64,000 nt of DNA from Azolla caroliniana (Eukaryota > Plantae > Polypodiophyta): assembly GCA_043228905.1 (NCBI GenBank), contig JBHGNT010000002.1, positions 17,732,001 to 17,796,000 of the forward strand, in the 5' to 3' direction. This document shows, piece after piece, positions 24,351 through 36,684 of the stretch; the stretch's first letter is position 1, and each line of letters opens with the position of its first letter. The position numbers were made by a program, and so were the translations under genes. The notes beneath the pieces are model-generated. The model did not search any database, was not told the DNA's origin, and saw nothing but the letters and a program-made list of their open reading frames with translations.

Positions 24351-27300
24351 GGACACGTGATCTATGAGACTAACCCACGCCTTTTACGACTATGCTTTTG
24401 GAATTGCAATGGATACCCATGGAATGCGGGATTTGGCATAGAGGAGTTCACCGATGACTCGGATATCACACTTCTTGTTGAGACATGGGAGCATGATACT
24501 CAAATACTCAAAGGATTCAAGGTTTAGGAAACTATAATGTACACTCTTTGATATGGAAGAAAAATCCAAGACAAAGAAGAGGACAAGGAGGGGTGGCATG
24601 TTTGATTAAGAAGGAAATAGAGAAATATGTGTCAATCATAAAAAATGATGAAAATAAATGCTACATATGGCTCAAAATAGAAACACCTAATGATTTGCCC
24701 ACTTTTGTAGTTGGATGTTACATCCCTCATCAAGATTCTAACTTTTATGCTTGTTTGGATAAAGATCAACCGTTTGCCAATCTAGAAGATGATATTGCTT
24801 ATTTCAAATCCAAAGGGGAAGTTATTGTCTTTGGTGACATGAATGCTCGTACAAGAAGTTTCCAACTTGATTCACAAGAATCTTTCATGCCACATATCTC
24901 AAGGATGCAAGAGGATATGCAAATGTATAACCGCTCTTCTAGCGATGAAAAAGATCCGGACCAATTTGGGAAGTTACTCCTACAAATGTGCAATAGTACC
25001 GGATTGCTTATTGCAAATGGTATTTCCTTATGGCCCAGCACTAATGGTTTTACATGTAGAAAACACAATGGAAATAGTGTGATTGACTATGTGCTACTTT
25101 CCGAATGTATTTTGGATCGTATACATAAATTCTCACTTGGTGAATGGACACCGGAATCCGATCATAGGCCTTTATGTATCGATCTCAAATGTATGCATAG
25201 GTTTGATTGTGAGAAGGCTATTGAAGATAATAAACAACCGCACTTGAGCATGAACCTTAAGCGAGCACCCATGTATTCCAAGATAGTTGAGGATATGTTA
25301 CAAATGACAAAGATACAACATGGTGCCACACTAGAATGCAAATGGGAAGCTTTCAAGAAAGTCATTCTCTCATGTACAAACAAATGTTTTTCGACCAATC
25401 GCACATCTTGGAAATGCACCAAGAAACTTAGGAAAAAATGGTTTGATAAAGAATGTCATGAAGCTCGAAAGTGCCTTATGGTTTTGGATGTAGTTAAGGA
25501 TAAAGAGAATTACCAAAATCATTTGCATGAGTATAAAAGGCTTATTCAAAGAAAGAGAAGAATATGGGAAGTTACTCAACAACTTATCCAAACGCAAGAG
25601 AAAGCACATGCATGTGCTAAATTTTGGGGAAATCTAAAGGGAAAACGTGTTGAGAGTTATGGTGACTTAACTCTTCACGACTTGTCTATGCATTGTAAGA
25701 ATTTATATGAGTTATCTCTTGCCGGAAAGATGATGTGTTATGGTTCTCTTTCACATATGCCTCCCTTCTTTACAATTGAAGATATATGCATAGGACTTAA
25801 GAAATTGGCCTCTCGAAAGGCAAGCGATCTTCAATGTATAAAGGCTGAAATGCTCAAATGGACGGGAAAGGAAGCACATATATGGATAAGCGATATGTTT
25901 AATGATGCATTGCAACATGGAATGCCGTACGATTGGACTACAAATTGGATCAAACCTTTACATAAAGGTGGAGATATAAATAATGTAAACAACTATCGAA
26001 CCATCATGGTTGGCTCATTAATGGCAAAACTATTTGGATGTATAATGGAATCAAAGATAAGTGTATGGGCTGAAAAAAGTGGTAAGAGAGCTTATGGACA
26101 AGCTGGCTTTCGGAAACACCATAGCACCATTGATCACCTTATCACCCTTCGAGTATTAACGGAGGAAAGTCGCCTTAGAGGTAAAGGTTTATATTGTTGC
26201 TTTGTAGACTTCAAGAAAGCTTTTGATATGGTACCTCGTGAGCATCTTTGGAGGCGAATGGAAGAACTTGAGGTGCCAAGTGAATATATGCTTGCAATTT
26301 CCCGAATTTATGAGAAGGTTATATGTTGTGTGCGCATGAGAGATAAACTTTCAGATTTTTTCAAAAGCACTATTGGTGTTAAGCAAGGATGCCCACTCTC
26401 ACCAACACTATTTGGTCTATGCATTGATGAATTGGAAGAAATGGTTACCAAGTTTGCAAAGGAAGAATGTGTTGAAGAAGTTGCCATTGGGAATGTTGTG
26501 ATTATGCTTTTGCTATATGCAGATGATGTAGTGCTTTTTGCAAATACTTTAGGAGATGCACAAAAGCTTATGAAGGCATTGGAAAAATTTTGCATGCATA
26601 CTAAATTAAGTGTCAATAGCTCTAAAACAAAGATTATGCTTGTGAAGAGCCAAAAAAGAGATAAACCATGCATTATGTACAACAATGAGCCACTTGAATG
26701 TGTGGAAAGCTTCAAATATCTTGGCCTTGAAGTTCCTTCAAATCATAGATGGAATGAATGTGCTACACGCCGCTTAGAGGCGGGCAAGCGAGCATACTAT
26801 GCATTTGAGAACACATGCAATCTTGGAGATATTAAGTGTTGGGTCCTCAAGAAATATCTTTTCGACACTTTGGTGACACCGGTTCTTCTCTATGGGGTGG
26901 AAGTATGGGGCGGTAGCATCCCTAAATCTATGTGGAAAGAGTTTGAAAATGTCCAAAAGCATTTTCTTACCAAGTTTCTACAAGTTAAGAAACAAACGCC
27001 CTACACCCTCCTCCTCCTTGAGACGGGATCGCTTCCCATTGAGATCATGGCCATGGAAAGGGTTGTTGAATACATGCTTAAGGTTCAAAAAAGTCCCTCA
27101 CATCGACTTCCTAGAATTGCGTGGGAAGCAAGCAAAAAGATCCAAAAGACGCATAAAAGCAAAATTTTGTGTTCCGGTTGGATGCAAGATATAGAAAAAT
27201 GGTTTGGTAGATGGGATGCGAGACACTTGCTTCATGATGCATCATTAGATTCCTCTGTAAATGAGGCATTTTTGCAACGCCAATGTATCATGACATGGGA

Positions 27301-27739
27301 CAAATGTGGAGGCTCACGCTTCACACATTATACTACACATGTTGCACCTAACTACAAAACCATATTCTTCGCGGAACGGGGAAATCGTACACATCCATAC
27401 ATGTTAGAGCCCATACCGTTATCTTCCATTCGAACCATTGCTTCCATGCGACTTAGCTCACATGCATTGCGATGTGAAACAGGGCGTTGGGGTACAAGTG
27501 ATGAGAGTGGTCGGTTATGCGCACTTTGCCCTAAACAAGTTCGCGAGTCTGAGTATCACACTTTGATACAATGCTCTGCCTTTGATCATATTCGACCATG
27601 CTTTACACATCTCTTCGATCGAGCCCAATCTTTGCATGAATTCCTCTCACAACCACAATGTGCACTCTCGATTGCAACATTCATTGGTAAAGTTCTTGAA
27701 CATCGAGAGTCACTACTCACTTTCACACATATCACGTGA
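24351..27739 (+). CDS. LINE ORF2 (AP endonuclease, reverse transcriptase, CCHC); one 8-bp frameshift near the 5' end
   Basis: LCFWNCNG and DITLLVETW (24351 frame), then GDMNAR, SVIDY, SDH, QAGFR, FVDFKKAFD, GVKQGCPLSP, LYADD and C..C...H...C. The duplication ATACTCAA-ATACTCAA near 24496-24511 shifts the frame. Confidence 0.92.
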
Positions 27740-28077
27740 AATGTAATATTTTTGGTCTCATAGGTCATATTTGACCTCCGAAGACGATAATATAATCTAT
27801 CTATCTATCTCTCTATACAACAGTTATATCTCTACAACAATATGGCAACCCTCTCTACACATACAAAGTGATTTCCCTAAGTTATATTTATACTTATATG
27901 AACTTAGGGCTATTTACAAATATAGCCTCAATAGGCTTACTCAAAAGACATACTTACAAATATGTCTTCTCTTCCGGTTCTCACCGGGTCTCCTCCAGTT
28001 TCTGGATCTCTTCCGGTTCTCACCAGGTCCTCTTCATTCATAACCGGATCCCATCCGGAGGGACCGATTTCGTAACA

Positions 28078-30606
28078 TCTTCTTCATCGGGAAGATCCAC
28101 GTGTAGCAAGAGTAGTCATTGATGAAGGTGATGTAGTACCGGCATCCTCTGATCGTCGGCGTTTGAGTCGGTCCCCATACATCCGTGTGGATCACGTCGA
28201 GGAGCCCTTTGCATACGTAGCTCTCATTTGGGAATGGGAGTCGATGTTGTTTGCCAAATTGACACGCTTTGCACACTCGTTTCGACTCAAAGGCCGGAAG
28301 TCCGATGACGACTCCCTTTGATTGCATTGCTCAAAGCCGTTGGAGGTTGATGTGGCCAATTCTCTTCTGCCACAACTCGATGTTCATCTTGGTTTTGAGA
28401 CCTTTGGCATACATGGCTGATTTCACCTTGTTCGAATCCAGAATGAACATTCGGTTGTCTCTCTGTCCCCTAGCTATGAGCCGACCGTCTTTTTCTATAA
28501 AGCATCCTTCGTTTTTTAAACAAACTTGCATGCCTTGCTCCACGATTCAGCCAAGCAAGACCAAATTCTTTGTTATTGTCTGTACATGCAAGACGTTTTT
28601 TATGCAATTGTTTTGGTCGTTGCTACCGAATGGAATGTTGCCGATGTGCCGAATGGGATGTGTGGTGTCGTCTCCCGTCTCTATGTAGCCAGGTTGATCT
28701 GGTGTTCTTAAGTCACGAAACCACTCTTGGTGTGACATCATATGATGTGAGATGCTAGAGTCAACAAACCATATTTCTTCCTGAGTTGGAGGTGCTTGTG
28801 GAGTCGGAGGTTGTCATAGAGTTCGCTCTATGTCTCATTACGAATAGCCCACCATAGTCTTCGTATTCGGAGTTGGTGGCATAATTTGTGAGTTGTCGGC
28901 TTGTCGAAGCCGACTCACTTCTCTTCTTTCGGCACTCCTCTTCACGGTGGCCGATTTTGCTGCAATAGTTGCAAGTAGAGGGCCTCGTTTGCCGACCTTT
29001 TTGGGCATGGAATCTCCACCTTCTTCCGAAGTTTCCTTGATGGCTTCCATCTTGTTGTCGAATCGACCTCTTCTACCGTGGCAACCTCGTCCTCGGCCAC
29101 CATCCAAATTCGAGAAGAATGTTTTCCCTTCTGACGTCTTGGTCTTGGTTCGGATGTGGTTCTCTTCGACCAATAACATTGATTGAAGGTCAAAGAACAA
29201 AGGAGGGTTTTCCCTTGCTAAGATTGTCTTCCTTAACGGGTTGAATCATTGTGCAAGGCTGCCCAAGCATACTTGAACCATCTCATCTTCATCGATGAAC
29301 TTTATGTTGATGGTGTCATAAACATCGATCATCAGTGACAGATGGAGCCAAGCGAATCGCAAATGCTCTTGATCTTGGCGGTGTAGTCCAACACAGACAT
29401 ATCTTTTTGTTGAATGTTGTCCACTCTTGCCAATGTTGAAGCTTGCGGGTGGTCGTGTTGGCAACAAACGTCTTCTTCAAGTTCTCCTACGCCTTTTTAC
29501 GTGTCTTGGTGTCTCGAATGTGGCTAAGCATGTGATTGTGGACACATGTCGCCAAGCAATACATTACCTAACTTTTACCTTGCTCCCATGTTGGGTAGGT
29601 GGCGTTTATGATGTCGGCTTTATTTTCGAGTGTGTCGTTGATGTAGCTCCAATACCCTTGGCCGACGAGGTATTGGTTCATCTTGTACTCCGAAGATGAA
29701 TAAAATCTCCGGTCTAGCTTTTCACAAGGGAGCAAGCTACCCATTTGTGTGTTCATGTTGATGTAGTATCTTCCTTTTTTTCTTTTCTTCCTTTGGTCAC
29801 GTACACGTGCTACGTAGCAGCACTACGATAGCGGATGGCCGGATTTGTCGTCGGCATCTCGAACACACAATCACGGAGTCGGTGGGCTTAGTCGATGTAC
29901 TAAACCACGCGCTCTAATACCATGTTAATAATTAGGTAATTAACTAGGTTTAATTAGTGTCTAATTATGTGAGTAGTTGATAACACAACAGAAGATTATG
30001 TGATATGTGTGTGTATGTGTGTTAGAGGAAGAGAGACAGGAAGTTACACTTATGAACAATAAATGGGGGATGATTAACAAGAGTGTAGCTAAAGACCTTT
30101 CTCTATATTAATAAGCATCATCAAATACAAAAATACCCACAATGAGGTATATATATATCTCATGTGCAAAGGTGCACATGTGTGAGTAGAATATAGGTAC
30201 AAAGGTGTAAGTCTTATATTAAATGTACTTAGGAGTGGAGGATCTATAGAATATATCCCACCTACAGATGTACAGAATCCTATTTAAGGCTTTATAGTCA
30301 ACAGTTCTAACTAGATTCTATCTAGATCTACGTGGTTAATTGTTGGGAAATAGCTCCCTCCGGATGGGAAGAGAACAAACGAGTCGTATTTCGGCCGAGG
30401 AAAACCGAAACCAAAATGGGAGACCATATATGTAAATAGTCTAAATGTGCCCCTTTTGCGCTATGTATGTAAATAGCCAAAAAGTTGTATATGTATAAAT
30501 AAAACTAGGGCAAACTTTATAGTAAGTTTGATTATCTAAATGGAGCAAACTTTATAGTACATGATTAACTAAATGACAGGGCTCAGTTGAGCTTGATATC
30601 TCAACA
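28078..30606 (-). mobile_element. Ty1/copia element C remnant (gag, PR, 5' integrase; PBS 29911-29922; 5' LTR 29923-30606 containing a foreign LTR fragment ~30341-30560)
   Basis: WQKRIGHIN, CKACQFGKQ and DVIHTDVWGP motifs. PBS TGGTATTAGAGC. The LTR resembles 51712-52146. Confidence 0.85.
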
Positions 30607-30922
30607 GTTGGGAATGAAGCAAAGGGAGTTCTTGCTTCATTGCGGCAGCCAGAGCGCCATACATCTAGCCAAAAATGTTGCATACCACTCCCAGACCAAA
30701 CGTATATAGAGGAGGTATCACTGGTTGCGGGAGAAAGTGGAAGAAGGAGAGTTTACCCTTGTCAAGATCCATATTGATGACAATGGATCGGACATGTTGA
30801 TAAAGAACCTACTAATGGACAGACTCAGAGTCTGTCGACTGAAGATAGGACTAACTGACTCCACCCATAGGAGTGAAGGGGGAGTTTGTTCATAATATGT
30901 CCCTCCTATGGGAGGAGCTGAC

Positions 30923-33567
30923 TGTCACAGACATGACAACAGTCATGTCAAAATTTGAACTCTTGACCTCTTGACATATATAGTCAAGTGTTGTGTTCTA
31001 ACCAACACATCCAAATATACGGTCATGTTATGCATATCTTAGTAGATTATTAGTACATTATCTATTTCAAGTTCTAAGACTTTTTAGAAAGTTCTAGAAC
31101 TAGAAGGTTCTAGAGGGTTCTAGAATTTTCTCCCGAATTTCTCCAAAATATTCTAATGCATATACTTTGACTCACAGTATAAATACTTGTAACCTCCTTT
31201 GTTCCTTTCAAGGGATTCAACACCAGTCATTGACACATCAATCTAGTATTCTTGTTTAGCACTATCTTCTCTTCTTGATTTACATCTCTGTCTTTATGCT
31301 CTTGAATTGTTCCTAGCGTCTTAAGTTCCTCATCTCATCGCTCCCAACTTCCCGAGTTTCTAGCCTCATCACATTGAGTTCCACGTTTGTAACCTTATCA
31401 ATCGTAGCCTTGTCATCTATGCTTTGTCGTAGTCTAGCATTGGTGTGTCCGTGACAATTTGAATCCCTTCCAACTGGAAGCATTACCCGTTTTCGTCATC
31501 GCCCTGCTTCTAGAGTTACCATTGTCACCGTCATTGGTTCTAGAGTTACCATCATCAACATCCCTTCATATTCTATCTTTCCTCGTCATCTTTATCTCTT
31601 AGTTTCTTCTCATCATCGTCATTGTCTTTTAGATTCTTCTCATCCTTCACATCTTTATCTCCTAGTTTCTTCTCATCATCATCTCTATCTCTGCACTTCT
31701 TATCATCTTCCACATCCCTATCTTAGCATTTTTTGTCATTGTTATCCTTCTCCTTGTGTTTCCTACCGTTTTCATCTCTATCTATGTGTTTCTTATTATC
31801 TTCGTCCTTTTCTCTGCGTTTCCTATCACCTTCATCCTTGTCTTTGTGTTTCCTCTTATCCTCTGTATTTTTGTATTTGTGTTTCTTCAGAACCTCAACA
31901 TCTCAATCTCTATGTTTCTTATCCTCTTCATCTCTTTCTCCACTTCCATCATTGCCATAGTCAAAGTCGTTGCTTCAAAAGTCGCTTCGTCAACATCATT
32001 GTCTTCATTGCTTCGTCTTCGACATCATCATCTTCAACACTCTTGTTGTCGTCATCAACACTACTTTGCCTAGCCTTCATTTTCGTCAAGTGTTCCAATT
32101 CCCGGTGAGGACCATGTAGGGTCGCTCACATCCGTTGGTGTTCGTGTCTCCGGTGAGGACCACACATGATCTCTCGCGCCCGTTGGTGTTCACGTCTCCG
32201 GTGAGAACCATACATGGTCTCTCATGCTCGTTGGTGTTCCAGTCCCCGATGAGGACCGTACATGGTCTCTCATACTCATTGGTGTTCCAATTCCCGATGA
32301 GGACCGCACATGGTCGCTCATTTCAGTTGGTGTTCGTGTCTCCGGTGAGGACCGCACATGGTCGCTCATTTCCGTTGGTGTTCGTGTCTCTGGTGAGGAC
32401 CGCACATGGTCGCTCATTTCCGTTGGTGTTCGTGTCTCTGGTGAGACCATACATGGTCTCTCACACCCTTGGTGTTCGTGTCTTTGTTGAGAACCGCACA
32501 TGGTTGCTCACGTCCATTGGTGTTCCAGTTTCTGATGAGAACCGCACATGGTTGCTCATGTCTGTTGGTGTTCGTGTCTCCGATGAGAACCGCACATGGT
32601 CGCTCACGTCCGTTGGTGTTCTAGTTCCCGGTGAGGACCGCACATGGTCACTCATATCCATTGGTGTTCCTGTCTCCGGTGAGGACCCCACATGGTCACT
32701 CACGTTGGTGTTCAGTCTCCAGTGAGGACCGTACATGGTCGCTCACGCCCGTTGGTGTTCCAGTTCCCGGTGAGGATCGTACATTGTCGCTCACACTCAC
32801 GTTGGTGTTCTAGTCTCCAGTCAGGACCGAACATGGTTGCTCATGCTCACATTGGTGTTACAGTCTCCGGTGAGGACTCTACATGGTCGCTCATGCTCGT
32901 TGGTGTTCCAATCTCTGGTGAGGACCACACATGGCCCTATTTCTGGTGAGGACTGCTCATGGTCACTCACTCCTCAACGTACTTTGGTTTTCTCTTTCAA
33001 CTCACCCCTACACCACGCTTTGGAAAAGGTGGCCATAAAGGGGAGGATAGTGTCAAGACAAATATGACAATAGTCATGTCAAGATTTGAACTCTTAACCT
33101 TTTGACATATATAATCAAGTATTGTGTTATAACCAATACATCCAAATATATGGTCATGTTATATATATCTTAGTAGATTATTAGTAGATTATCTATTTCA
33201 AGTTCTAGGACTTTTTAGAAAGTTTTAGAACTAGAAAGTTCTAGAATATTCTCCAAAATATTCTAATGCATGTACTTTGACTCACAGTATAAATACTTGT
33301 AACCTCCTAGGTTCCTTTCGAAGGACTCAACACCAGTCATTGACACATCAATCTAGTATTCTTGTTTAGCCCCATCTTCTCTCCTTAGATTTACATCTCT
33401 GTCTTTATGCTCTTGTATTGTTCCTAGCGTCTTAAGTTCCTCATCTCATCGCTCCCAAATTCCCGTGTTTCTAGCCTCATCACGTCGAGTTCCACGTTTG
33501 TAACCTTATCTGTCGTAGCCTTGTCATCTGTGCTTTGTTTTAGGCTAGCATTGGTGTGTTCGTGACA
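30923..33567 (+). mobile_element. Non-autonomous LTR element (LTRs 30923-31456, 33051-33567) with self-priming-type PBS; relative of 6711-8777
   Basis: TG...CA LTRs, TSD CTGAC/CCGAC, PPT AAAGGGGAGGATAG and PBS TTGAATCCCTT (31459-31469). The interior is homologous to 7102-8402. Confidence 0.92.
32100..32972 (+). repeat. Tandem array of ~48-bp hairpin units (~18 copies)
   Basis: The unit CCGGTGAGGACCGCACATGGTCGCTCATTTCCGTTGGTGTTCGTGTCT repeats with period 48 (e.g. 32104, 32152, 32344, 32392). Confidence 0.92.
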
Positions 33568-36500
33568 CCGACTGGTCGGACTGAGAGCCGACAATCAAGT
33601 AGCTTACTGGTCGGGCTGAGATCCGACAGTCGATGACAAGGAGGAGTCGACATGGACTATCAACAATAGATATGTATATGTGATCTAAGTCGAATACACG
33701 ATCGACTAGTCAGGCCGACCAGATGGTCGACGTTAAGGCCGACTAAACAGTCAACATAAGAGTCGACTAGTCGGCTGATTAACTGCTACTGTAATAATAG
33801 GAATGATAGTAGTAGAGGCTACATTTGTAAATACTTCATACTATGTATATGTATAAATACACTTAGGGCAAACATTGTGATTTAGAGAGCTTCTGTAGCT
33901 GTGAGTTGTAGAGTGTAGAGGAGAGAGAGAGGGCGTGAGCGGTGCCATAGTTGTGTAGCAGTAGACGCCAAGAGCCTTGTGTGGTTGATACACCCTTTAT
34001 GAGAGTGTTGTAATATGTTCTATCCTTCTTTTGTATATCCACTTTCATGAAGATCTGTTCTCCCATGGTTTTCTCCCTGTTTAGGGTTTCCACATTAAAC
34101 ACTGTGTATTCTGTGTATTGTGCATTTTCTATTTTCTGTTTTATATACATTTCAACACGTCTTTGTTGACTATCTTCGGTCTATTTCCCATCAATGATAA
34201 GCATAGAAGTGTGCTAACATCAAATTGTTTTTTTAATGTTCAACATGTGTTATCATTAGTAATTGACAATTGCTTGACACCTGCAATATTATGGGACATC
34301 ATATGTTGCTTAGGGTCATTACCATGATGAATTTGTTGAAAGGAAATATTTGTAAATGAAAAACCAGAAAGGAAGAGAGAAGTTTTTTATTTTGAGCTTT
34401 TGTATATCTTCCTTTTATATTCAAGTACATATTTTGATACACTTCGTTGATGAGATTGAACTTGCAAGTGTAGTGCGCTCAAACTAGATCTTTTGGATGG
34501 AGATATTCATATGTGTATTGAAGAGATTTGTTCTATAACGATCATAAGAAGAAAGACATTGTTGTGACATGGCATGTGGAAAGGACAAAATTCCTATAAA
34601 CGAAGTTATATAATAAGTTGTTTTGGTTGAACAAGTGAATAGAATGAGTTAAAAGAAGATGAAAAGAAAATAAATTATGAAAGATAACTTAAGGTATCTT
34701 GAGAGAGTGAAGATTAGAAAACACAGTACATAATCACACCCAAAGTGTACATAATAATAATTATATGTTCTTTTGATGATCTATTAATGTGGTTTAAATG
34801 TGCATATAATATATCCATGTCTTAATCAACATGACATTGACTCGATGGATTTAAGCTTGTCTCTTTTAAATTTTAATAATGTTTAACCTATCGTTTAACA
34901 TGCATATGATGAACTGACATTTATAATTATTTTATTTTAGTAGGGAGCCTAGTTGATTCAACATACCTTCTAGTTTCCAGTTTTTAATTGATAAGTTGTT
35001 TCAATTTAATATATATCTATATAATAAGCATATAGTATAGGTAATTTCTCAAACTAAATCTTATTTTTATCAAAATGATGTTTTTACATTGTGTTTAGCA
35101 TCTAGATACCTTTAATAATCAGTTAAACTTTGTTACAACATTGTTCTGTAAGTACCCCTTGTATTAACTAGTCAGTAAAATTAAGCATAATTTCAAAGCA
35201 TTCAAAGTTATAGTTGTATTCTTTGTTTATTTACATCCAACGACAGATTGTCCACTTGGTTGTAACTTTTGCACTATTAGGAAGATAACAAATCTAATGG
35301 TGACAACTTGAGCTTACCTATAATCGAGTGCCATTCGTATGTAATATACTAATAATATGTTAGGTAATATAGCAGTTGTTATCATTTAACAACTCCCATA
35401 TTTGTGTGATTCTAGGGATAACATGTGGTGGGGCATCATAATGAACAATTTCCATACTTAAATTAAACCAATGGAATCAAAATCAGTTAGGTAAACTTAA
35501 GTAACTTTCAAAGTTTTACTTTTATCATAGAGTTACATTTGTGTAACTCATATCAAAAGATATTACTTTGTTATCTTAATGGTCTACTTCATTAACTTTT
35601 ACTTCAATGTTTATATGTTTTTCTTCCGAGTACAGCCATAATAATTCTCTTTCATTTATCCACCTACTTCTCTTACCTTTTATGAAGGAATTTTCTTTCG
35701 CCTTTATGTTTCTTGAAATTATAAAAACCCACACTATTATTTACATTCGCTTACTTGTCTTATACTCCAAACTACTCAAGATATCAATTACCACAAACTG
35801 AAAGGCTGAATAGCAACTAGTCATTTTTACTTTGATGTCTTGGTTTCTTGTGGTCCACTAGTATTTGGTGGAATTTCATTAGGGGTGTTTCCGAAGAATA
35901 TTTTTTCAAAACTTGGATAGATACAAAGTTTTACCAACAGTTCACAAAGGTCTCAATATGTCCATGTTGGTGAGACTAACTAATTTTTTGATTCCACATT
36001 TGTGTTCTAGACATGAGGCTCTAGGCTCTATCGAACAAAATTGAAGTGAGCTTCAAGAGGGTTCAAAGCAAAAAAAACCATTTGAGAGCCTTACTCTAGC
36101 GTTCAACTCTTGGGGAGCTCGAAAATAATTTGTGTTTGTGCACTTAGATGTACTTAATTAGGTGGATGTGTGACCAAGTAGTTTATAAGTTTGTTATCAC
36201 ATGATAGATGTGCATAAGGGGGATTCAGGGATGATTGGGGTCTTTATTGAGAACTGTTCCTAGTAAGAACAAAGGTCATGATAGATATGCATAGAACGAA
36301 TTGAGGGATGATTAGGGTCTCTATGGAGAACCATTGTTAGTGAGAACAATTTGAAACGATTGAGGCATATGAAAAGCAGCGTCAAATGCATTCTCGAAAG
36401 CACTAGATCCCAAACACATTCGATGACGGAGACAATTTTAAGAAAAGGCAGCACATCAGAGAATGGCAAGAAAGCATTCAAACATACGAGCAAAACGAAG

Positions 36501-36684
36501 GAGTGTTTCCAGAGTTTCCAAGAGGATGTGGCAAAAGTGAAACCATCATATATTACATATTGAAGAGGAGGAAGCTAAAATTTGTATAAATATAGGTATA
36601 ATGTATTATTATGTAAAAGCCAATACATAAATTAAATAAATAAAGGGTTTGTACTTTATATTATGTCTTTAACATAGGTTTTAC

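Larger units (their letters stand above)
23139..27812 (+). mobile_element. Near full-length LINE (APE-type, RTEX/L2-CR1-like) with a (CTAT)n tail, inserted in a (CT)n microsatellite
   Basis: ORF1 plus ORF2 with endonuclease, RT and C-terminal CCHC. The 3' end is ATCTATCTATCTATCTCTCT. The 5' boundary is approximate. Confidence 0.9.
21912..28077 (-). mobile_element. Ty1/copia element B remnant (gag 21912-22832, tRNA-iMet PBS 22846-22857, 5' LTR 22861-28077 split by the LINE)
   Basis: Gag MEESFSGMFKVTDSNYSVWKSKMRD...; PBS TGGTATTAGAGC. LTR halves flank the LINE. The element interrupts copia C integrase at WIFPMKK. Confidence 0.85.
30607..34157 (+). mobile_element. Ty1/copia element D remnant (RNase H end, PPT, 3' LTR 30887-34157 split by an insertion); same family as element A
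   Basis: SQSAIHLAKNVAYHSQTK..RRYHWLREKV. PPT GAGTGAAGGGGGAGTT. The LTR is similar to the reverse complement of 174-755. Confidence 0.85.

Noticed and set aside
32100-32972. CRISPR-like appearance of the regularly spaced palindromic repeats (also 7745-8345)
   Set aside because: Whole units repeat with no unique spacers, there are no cas genes, and the array sits inside an LTR element in a eukaryotic genome.
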